Below are positions 51,545 to 64,000 of a stretch of 64,000 nucleotides of DNA, in pieces (within the stretch, counting starts at the first letter, position 1; the number at the start of each line of letters is the position of its first letter). The DNA is from Eledone cirrhosa (taxonomy: Eukaryota). A program made the translations under genes and the position numbers. Where the stretch lies: the NCBI GenBank assembly GCA_964016885.1, contig OZ024743.1, positions 287,246,001 to 287,310,000 on the forward strand, read 5' to 3'. The notes under the pieces were generated by a model, which worked only from the letters and a program-made list of their open reading frames with translations, had not been told where the DNA came from and searched no databases.

Positions 51545-51862
51545 GTATTCAGCCATGTAGAGCGAAATTTTCTATTTTATATATATATATATTTGAAAAG
51601 GGGGTAAGGTTCTTTACAAAAGAGGTTATAGAAAAAGTAAGAATGCACAGAAATATATTTAAAGAATCTGTTTTCCTTCTTTGATCCGTCAAAGTGACAT
51701 TAAAAAAAGAACATTTTTTAAAGAGTGTTTTATAAAGTATATAAGATGTTACCGGTTTCGATGTAATCTATCTAATCAAATAATACAATTAAAATGTTAA
51801 AAAGAATTAAAAATTAAATGTTGAAGAAGGTCTGTTCATATTTCATGCTGGGATGAAATATG

Positions 51863-52400
<538 letters not shown>

Positions 52401-52803
52401 AGTCGCAGGTTGCGGCTGGAGAAAGTGAAGTATTTATTGTTCTTAATTTTGTGGCTGTTGTTGTTGTTGGCACGCTTGACCAATTTGGAAAAAAAATATA
52501 TCGAAGTTTTTCAAAATGACTCTGAATTAATTTGAAAGAGACGTCGATATGTTTAAATTTGCTGCGTATCTGATTAACAGACCACATATTGAGTATATGC
52601 ACCGTTCTTTTTTGGCAATATCATTCAGACATGAAGTGTCTATGTTTTCAGTTTTACGGTAGAGAAAACCATGCGCTTATTAAGAGGTAAATTTCATTAT
52701 CTGACTTGTAAGTCTGCTGGTTAGACGTAATTTAAAAAAAAAATATATGTATATATTCCTTCTTATGTGTGTGAGTTTTTGGTAATTTAAAGATATTAAA
52801 GAA

Positions 52804-52843
<40 letters not shown>

Positions 52844-52979
52844 TCTCTCTTGCGGGTGTGAGTTTTTGGTTATTTGAGGATATTAAAGAACAAGTGTATA
52901 TAATTATAATAATATATATATATGTGTGTGTGTGTGTATATATGTATGTATATGTACGTATATATGTATGTATATGTAT

Positions 52980-54265
52980 GTCAGGTCACCAGTTGGTGCT
53001 ACTGGTAACATGTATCCCAGTACAACCTGTCTCGTAGTCGGGTCGTTGGCGACTAAACTGGCAACCCACCAAGGTTTCTTGGTGATGAGGGTGACTTTGG
53101 ACATCCTGCAGGACTAAAAACAAAACCTGTCAAAGGGCAAAGGAGCTCTTAAGAGTCAATGGCCATCCAAAATCACCGGGAGAGATGACCCCTTAGCCTT
53201 TGTTAAGGCAGATATCTAGGAGAAGGAAAACTCTGATATAACACCTGCAACTCTGATGGTATCCAATGATGTTGACTTGTTCTTCTTTTTGGTAAATATC
53301 ATCTTGGTTAAGAGAATGGGACTGGCTTTGTGCAGTACCTTTGCTCACTATAAAAGCTTCACGGCACAGGCATTGCTTTATATCTGGAGATCTCTCTGCA
53401 CTTGTCGTCACATGGTACCATGGGCCCAGCAATATATGTCAATAATTGTCACAAGTGTAGTGTTTGTACCAGAGTTTTCAAGTCACACTCGTTTAGCGCA
53501 TCGGTAGGGGTTCTCCTACATGGATATAAAGTAGTGGCCATACTCGACAACGAGTTGGCAGCTACCATATGTACGTATATATATATGTATGTATACATAC
53601 ATTTATGTATGTATATGTATATAAACATACATGTATGCATAAATATGTTATGTCGGGTCACTCTTGAGTGCTACTGGTAACATGTAATCCAGTACAACCT
53701 GTCGCGTGGTTGGGTCGTCAGCCAACCCTATCAAGTTTACTTTGTGAGGAGGAGGATCTTGGACACCCTGCAGGACAAAGAACAAAACCTGACAAAGGGC
53801 TGAAGAACTCATAAGAGTCAACGGCAATCCAGAATTGTGTAAATATATATATACACATGTACATATGTATGTATATGTATATGTGTATATACATGGGTGC
53901 ATGTGTATGTATATGCGCGGGGACATAGAAAAAGTCGGGCTGGACCCCCGATCGCGCAGTTAAACCACTGGGAGTGAAGGACCCCTAGTCTTTGTCAGGG
54001 CATTCTTCTAGGAGAAGGCAACACAGGGAACTGGGATAACTCTGATATAAAACCTGCGGCTCAGTAGTTACCGATGATGTTGATCTTTTCTTCTTTTCGG
54101 GTTATAGCTACTGTCGCTCAGAGAGTGGGATTGGCTCAGTGCACAGTCTTTCCTCACTTTAAAAAATATCTTCATGCACAGGGATTGTACGATAGAATTA
54201 ATAATTATTAATAATAGTATATCGTGCAATGGCCATACTCGATAACGAGGGGACAGCCATCATGT
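52980..54265 (+). mobile_element. Cluster of non-autonomous RTE-derived (5'+3' bipartite) elements
   Basis: 5' part repeated at 52980-53175 and 53650-53835; middle part at 53180-53380 and 53965-54180; 3' end TGGCCATACTCGA.AACGAG..CAGC at 53535, 54230 and 56754. Confidence 0.6.
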
Positions 54266-54341
54266 ATAAATATGTATGTATACATAAATGTATGTATATG
54301 TGTATGTATACATACATGTATGTATATGTATGTATACATAC

Positions 54342-54372
<31 letters not shown>

Positions 54373-54689
54373 TATGTATATGTATGTATACATACATGTA
54401 TGTATATATATGTATGTATACAATATTTTGAAAAGGTAACAGACTAGAGAGAGATAGTGCGCCATCAATAAAACAAGGAAAACCACCAGTGTATGGAATC
54501 TATAATCTATGGAAGGCAGGGTAGACACACAATAATTAAAAATATAAATTAAAATGTATATACGCACCTCTATAACTATATAACACACGCGTACAAATCC
54601 AAAGAGATCTGTTTCGCCAATAAGTTGTTGACAGAAATGAAATAGCCCATGGTTTGTGATATGTATGTATACATACATGTATGTATATA

Positions 54690-57482
<2,793 letters not shown>

Positions 57483-57488
57483 TCATAA

Positions 57489-58430
57489 TCTATAAAGCTC
57501 AGTGTATGGTCACATTTCTTTGTTATAGAAATCTACGATATAGAATTTCTTCAATTGAAATTTACAATTCAGTATTCGAAATAGCTTCGATTGGGTCATG
57601 GCACATATACTTTTTTCAATTTCACCCACAATTACGCAAAAAATAGATAAAACTCAATATTTTACGATTTGCCTCTCTCATTTAAACTGCTAAACTCTTT
57701 CCATTGCCATTCAAAATCTATACAACTTCATACTTTCTGCTACTTTCTCTTTCCAAGCTGAAACAACACGTAAAATGAAACTAAATTATTCTTTTCATTT
57801 TACATTGTTCATGTTGATGGTGATACTGTCCGTTTTACTCTCTCATATCATCTGCATTTATTCAACATTTATTCAACAACATTTATTCAACAAGAAGCGA
57901 TAAATCTTTTTTAAAACCTCTCAACGAACGTGGATTCTTACAGACTTTGAGTCGAATCGGTTTGAAATTGTGCAAATGTATAAACATGGAACATGTGCAC
58001 ACACACAACAACAACAACAATCTGCCTTTTATAGATAATGATAAACAATAATATCCTCTATGAGGTCACTAAACCTGCTAGAAACAGCAGCTAACTCTCC
58101 CCCATATCACACCACTCCCTACTGTCTTAAATTTAGAAAACATACAGACAACCATGCAGAACAACTCCATCGCAGCTCTGTTGTTCGGCTGGCATCGTCT
58201 ACGCGCGTGTTGCGCAAGTACTGTGAAACAATAAATTTCAACACTTTTTTGCACAGAGATAATATCCATAGACGAAACTACAATTGTCACTGCTGGCGCA
58301 GCTCCTGCTTCCAGGTCTGCAATTCATTCACCCAGTGCTTGGCAGACAAAAAAGTGCTGCCATAAAATGGGTGGTGCAACCTAACTTTGGTAACTTAATG
58401 ACCCTGAGCAATGCCGGGCTTTAATGCTAG
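57489..58430 (+). mobile_element. Probable non-autonomous Helitron
   Basis: A|TCTATAAAGCT.. 5' end; 3' imperfect hairpin CCCTGAGCAATGCCGGG about 8 nt before CTAG|T at 58427-58430; 5' boundary uncertain. Confidence 0.55.
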
Positions 58431-58478
58431 TATATATATATATGTGTATATATATATATATGTGTATATATATATATG

Positions 58479-58513
<35 letters not shown>

Positions 58514-58562
58514 GTGTATATATATATATGTGTGTGTATATATATGTGTGTATATATATATA

Positions 58563-58840
58563 TACAACAGCAACAACACCATTGTCTGCAGCAGCATCAG
58601 TGAAATGAACAACAACAATGGCAGCAGCAACAACAACAACATCAACGACAACAAAAACAACTGCCACCACCATCACTGACACCATCCACCACCATCACCA
58701 TCACTGACACCATCTACCACCTTCACCACCACCATCACTGACACCATCCACCACCACCACCATCACCATAACTGACACCATCCACCACCACCACCATCAC
58801 TGACACTATCCACCACCATCACCATCACCATCACCAACGA
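58563..58840. repeat. CAA/CAC-rich low complexity with ACCATCACTGACACCATCCACC tandem units
   Basis: About 5 units at 58668-58835. Confidence 0.85.
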
Positions 58841-59199
58841 TCAGGCCTTAAGAAGAAGAAAACAACTATAATAATAGTAATAACTATTCTATTCTTGGCA
58901 CAGGGCAGCGATTGTCCCAGTGCATTGCTGATGCCTTGTTTTGGGGGCCCGGAGAGTGGAGGGCCGTTGCTCTGTGTTGTAAAGCAAACAATTATTATTA
59001 TTATTATATAAAAAAACTGAACTGTAAAAGTCAACAGATCTTGTATCTGTACTGATGGTAATGTATGTATGTGTGTGTGTGTGTGAGTGGCGTGTGTGTT
59101 TGTATGCATGAGTGTTGCTGTGTGAGTGGCATGTGTGTTTGTATGCATGAGTATTGGTGTGTGTGTGTGTGTGCCGTGAGTGTCAATAAGTGGTGTTTT

Positions 59200-62100
59200 T
59201 TTTTTTGTTAAGACCATGCTGTAAAATGGAGTGGTAGAGAGGGCCCATGAGTCCAATAAGACATCCTCTCTAGTGCTGGTGGCACGAATAAAAGCACCCA
59301 GTCCATGCTGTAAGGTGGCACTGGTGTTAGGAAGGGCATCCAACCAGTGTATCAATGCCAAAACAATTATAAGCACAGCAACAAATATATAGAAACAATA
59401 AAAATATGAAAACGTCGCATCTGAGAGAGCTGCAACTCTTAATGTTGGCACTCTCACAGGTAGATCTGGTGAAATAGTAGAGATGCTGGAGAGAAGGCAT
59501 GTAGATGTGTGCTGCGTGCAAGAGGTGAGATGGAGAGGCGCCTCTGCGAGACTAGTCGCAGGCAAACATCTTAGCTATAAGCTTTTCTGGGTAGGTAAGG
59601 ATGACGGGTTAGGGGGAGTAGGCATTTTCCTGGCTGAGAGATGGATCAATAAGACAATAGAGGTAGTTCGAGTTAGTAATCGAATAATTAAGCTTAGATT
59701 AGTTGTAGGCAGGAGACTACTGACAATCATCTCTGCCTATGCTCCCCAAGCAGGCCTAAGCAAAGAAGAGAAAGACTGCTTTTACGAGCAACTTTTACAA
59801 ACAACCGCAATGACAGAGGACGGAGACATCGTTATGCTAGCAGGAGACTTCAATGGTCATGTAGGACAGCTCCAGGATGGTTACATTGGAGTATATGGTG
59901 GGCATGGTTACGGCTCAAGAAATGAAGAAGGAGTAAGACTTCTTGAATTTTATGATGCAAGTACACTGACTATTTGCAACACTAACTTCCAGAAACCTGC
60001 CAACCACCTAATAACCTACAAATCAGGCGAGTACATAAGCCAGATTGACTTCTTACTAGTTAGGCAGTGGGACAGGCATAGGGTGTCAAATACCAAGGCA
60101 TACCCTGGGGAAGAATGTACCCCACAGCATAGGTTAGTTGTTAGTGATATCTCAGTAAGCAAGAGATGGAATGAGACATACAGGAAGGTGTGGAGAAGAA
60201 AGGTCTGGAAGCTAAAATCTTTCACTAAAATACAAATTTAGGAAAGCCCTTCAAGATGTGTATGATGAAAAAGATGATTTAGAGACATATGATATAGATA
60301 ATAACTGGAATTTCTTACGTGACAACTTACTGCAGGCCACTGATGAAACTTGTGGCTGGAGCAGAGTTCCAACCAGACAGATAAAGCCATTAGAGACCAA
60401 AGACTAGCATGGAAGGCTTGGAAAAAGGGTGGGAGTAGAGAAGGATATACAGCCGCTAAGAGAGAAGCTAGACGTCAGGTGTACTTAGAACGCAGGGAGG
60501 CTGAGAGTAGGAGGTTTGCCAATGTTCTGCGATGGGAAGATCAGAGGCGTGCGGTGTTCCACATTGCAAGGCAGTGTGTCAATGCAAATCAGGATGTTGT
60601 TGGAGATAAATGTGTCCGGAATGATGCCGGTGTACTTAGTGTGACGAATGATCAGAAAAAGAAGGCCTGGAAATGTCATTATGAGAGACTGATGAATGTG
60701 GAGAACGAATGGGAGAGTGAGAAATTACCCTCAGTAGATCCGACAGAGGGACCAGCTATTGAGATTGACAAATATAGGGTCCAAGAGGCGATTAAGGAAT
60801 TGAAAAATGGTAAGGCTGCTGGACCCTCGGGGATAGTTGCTGAGATGCTGAAGGCATCAGGGGATGTAAGCACTAAACTGGTTGTACGCATCATCAATCA
60901 GGCTATATATGGTGGTGTCATACCCAAAGACTGGTGCAGCAGTAATCTCATAAATTGCTACAAAGGTAAAGGGGATGCTCTGGAGAGGAGCAATTATAGG
61001 GGTATAAAAGTGATGGATCAGGTTATGAAAGTGGCAGAAAGGATATTAGCACAACTAATTAGAGAAAGGGTCAAACTAGATGAGATGCAGTTTGGTTTTG
61101 TGCCTGGGAAAAGTACAACAGATGCCCTCTTCTTGGTGGGGCAATTACAAGAGAGGTTCTTACAGAAGAATAAGCCACTATACTTAGCCTTTGTTGACCT
61201 AGAGAAATCCTTTGAGAAGGTACCCCGATCTGTCATCTGGTGGTCCCTAAGGAAACTAGGTGTTGAGGAATGGCTTGTGAGGACAATGCAAACTTTGTAC
61301 AGAGGTGCTGTCAGTAAAGTCAGGGTAGGAATGGAGTTTAGTGAGGAATTCCAGATACAAGTAGGAGTACATCAAGGTTCGGTCCTCAGCCCGCTCTTGT
61401 TCATTATAGTCCTCCAAGCCATAACAGAGGAGTTTAAGACTGGCTGTCCATGGGAACTTCTCTATGCTGACGATCTGGTTCTTATAGCAGAATCAGTAGA
61501 GGGGCTAGAGAATAAATTCTGGCTATGGAAACAGCAGTTGGAAGCAAGAGGACTGAGAGTGAACCTAGCTAAGACAAAAGTGTTGATGAGTAGAAAAGAG
61601 GACAAAACTCTGATTCTGTCAGGGAAATGGCCATGTTCGATATGCAGAAAAGGAACTGGCATAAATTCTATAAAATGCACACAATGCAGATCCTGAGTAC
61701 ACAAGAGATGTAGTGGGATAGCAGGCAAACTAACAGGTAGGGAGAAATACGTATGCAGTAGATGTACAGGGAAATTAGACAGTAGAAGTCACATTGATAG
61801 ACACATTTTTCAAATGCAGGAGGGTGCTATAGAAGTGGTGGATAGCTTCCGGTACCTAGGAGATGAGATTAGCATGGGAGGAGGGTTGTTCCAAGGCCAT
61901 AGTATCTATAATAAGGATGGGTTGGAAGAAGTTTAGGGAGCTGCTTCCTCTGCTGATGAAGAAGGGTTTCTCCCTGCGTATGAAAGGCCGGTTATATGAA
62001 GCCTGTGTGAGGAGCACGATGCTGCATGGTAGTGAGACATGAGCAGAGGATATGCGACGGCTGGAGAGAAATGAGGCAAGCATGCTTTGTTGGATGTGCA

Positions 62101-62450
62101 ATGTCAATGTGCGTGAACGACCCAGCATGAATGTGTTGAGAGAGAAACTGTGTCTGAGAGGGATAGAATGTAGTGTGCGAGAGAGGAGACTGAGGTGGTA
62201 TGGACATGTGATGCGCATGGAGGATGACCGATGAGTGAAGAAGTGCCAGGAAATGCCAGTTGAAGGAAGACATGGTAGAGGTAGACCACGAAAAACATGG
62301 GCTGAGGTGGTGAGAACAGACCTCAGATCGCTGAAGCTCACGGATGAGATGACGAAGGACCGTGACAAGTGGAGAGATGCTGTGCTGAATAAGACCCGTC
62401 CCACCCTTGCAAGCAGGAAAAAGCGGACGTAAAATGATGATGATGATGAT
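59200..62450 (+). mobile_element. Near full-length RTE LINE (APE-RT-PHD family), mildly decayed
   Basis: 5' UTR motif AAAAGCACCCAGT..GGTGTTAGGAAGGGCATCC; ORF ~59406-62432 with LNVGTL, VQEVRW, AGDFNGHVG, GVHQGSVLSP, LYADD, PHD, FRYLG, GRPRKTW; (GAT)n tail. Confidence 0.93.
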
Positions 62451-62504
62451 ATATGTGTATATATATGTGTATATATATATATGTGTGTATATATATGTGT
62501 GTTT

Positions 62505-63393
62505 AGAAGAATGGTATTAGTACAGATGGACAACATAGTGATGGCCATGATGGAATCCATGGAGGCTATGGGGTTGGAAATAGAAATGAGGAAGGCTTCA
62601 GAATCCTGGAATTCTGTGAAGCCTATAACCTAACTATCTGTAACACAAACTTCAAAAAATGTGAAAACCACTTGATCACCTATAGATCAGGGGAACACGC
62701 CAGCCAGATAGATTATATCCTTACTAGAAGACGGGACAAAGTGTCTGTTGTAAACACTAAATCCCTCCCCCGTGAAGAATGCACCTCCCAACATAGCCTA
62801 GTAGTTAGTGACCTCATAGTCAGGAATAGACGTACTCGACGACAGAGGTGGCCTATCTTGAGGAGAAAAATATGGAAGTTGAAGGACCCCATAGCCAGTG
62901 ATAAATTTAAAAGCTTATTACTTGATGCCTTTGACAATAAGGAAGAGCAATTAGAGATGTGCGATATAGAGCAACAGTGGCAATTCTTGAAAGTGAACCT
63001 GCTGAAAGCAACGGATGAAATCTGTGGCTGGAACAGACCTATTAGCAGGAGGAGAGTAACTTGGTGGTGGAACAGTAAGGTAGAAGAGACAATCAAGGCC
63101 AAAAAGCAGGCTTGAAAAGTATGGCAGGATGGGGGGAAGTAGAGAGCACTATCAGGTGGCCAGGAGAGAAGCAAGGAGACAAGTGTACCTTGCAAAAAGG
63201 GAAGCAGAGGAAAGAAAGTTCAAGCATGTTCTACAACGTGAGGACCAAAAACGTGAGGTGTTCAGGATTGCTAGACAATGTGTGAAGGAAAACCGTGATA
63301 TTGTCGGGGAGAAGTGTGTCCGTAATGATAACGGTGTACTTGCCCTCACTGATGCTGATAAGAAGATATGGAAGTGTCACTACGAGAGACTTT
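62505..63393 (+). mobile_element. Internal APE/linker fragment of the same RTE family
   Basis: ORFs 62672-63115 (ITYRSG..SQIDYIL) and 63129- (WKCHYERL). Confidence 0.85.
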
Positions 63394-63611
63394 TAGGATA
63401 TGTTAGTATCAGTGTATATATATTATTAAGAATGACAATAAATGCAGGTGAGTGTTGTGACATGGTTTTACTTCCCAGAAGTCAAATAAATTAATAGAAA
63501 TAATTTTTACCACATGTTGATGGTCAGTTGGTCACAACTCCCAGACTGGAGTGTGTAGAGAACAGGAATTTTCTCTTGGTAAGGTTCAAGTGTTTCTTTA
63601 GGCTGCCGGTG

Positions 63612-63965
63612 CAGGAAGTGAGACGGGAGTCATCTCTTGACAAGGTCTGAAGTGTTCTTGTTGTGGCGTAGGAAGTGAGACAGGAGTGATCTCTTGACAA
63701 GGTCTGAAGTGTTCTTGTTGTGGCGTAGGAAGTGAGACAGGAGTGATCTCTTGACAAGGTCTGAAGCGTTCTTCTTGTTGCAGTGTAGGAAGTGAGAGTG
63801 ATGCCTTGATTGTCCTCAAATATATAGTCCCCAGGGGGACGCAACTCCATTTAGTACATGGATCTGCCACTGGGAGTCGCAACCATCACAAAGGGATGCA
63901 ACTCCTATACGTATCTGCCACTGGGAGTCGCGACCGTCGCAAAGGGACGCAACTCCTATACGCTA
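63612..63965. repeat. Two adjacent minisatellites (57-bp x ~3; ~51-bp x ~2.3)
   Basis: GGAAGTGAGACAGGAGTGATCTCTTGACAAGGTCTGAAGTGTTCTTGTTGTGGCGTA and GCAACTCCTATACGTATCTGCCACTGGGAGTCGCGACCGTCGCAAAGGGAC. Confidence 0.85.
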
Positions 63966-64000
63966 CAGACTATTAAATGAGGAGAATAAGTGGGAAAAAG

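Noticed and set aside
51745-51762. GAAACCGGTA half-hammerhead on the minus strand
   Set aside because: No CUGANGA half is found before the (CA)n tract; incomplete.

Overview
AT-rich, microsatellite-dense animal genomic DNA. The repeat content (RTE-tailed SINEs ending in (GAT)n, abundant (TA)n/(CA)n, Penelope-like elements) resembles cephalopod (octopus-like) intergenic or intronic sequence; that assignment is inference. I found no convincing host protein-coding gene, and most ORFs in the track are microsatellite artefacts or transposon remnants. The window is a graveyard of retroelements: a near full-length L1/Tx1-type LINE (9934-16017), R4/Dong-like and CRE-like RLE fragments, several RTE families (one with a PHD finger inside the RT region, one with an exact twin-priming 5' inversion, one with three C-terminal C2H2 fingers), two Penelope-like elements (one with the Hydra-clade CxC-x5-C-x5-C linker and three pLTR copies), tRNA-headed SINEs, piggyBac/hAT/mariner/pogo MITEs and a probable Helitron. 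Two hidden signals stand out. (1) About 14 type I hammerhead-ribozyme (HHR) motifs from several sequence families, most at or near (TA)n tracts. They include a non-coding 488-bp direct-repeat unit with two HHRs (33797-34552) that has the architecture of a retrozyme/circRNA-forming element. (2) A recurrent composite retroposon: RTE 3' end + linker + 48-bp VNTR derived from the LINE 5' UTR + RTE-type tail. Coordinates were read by eye and element boundaries are approximate.
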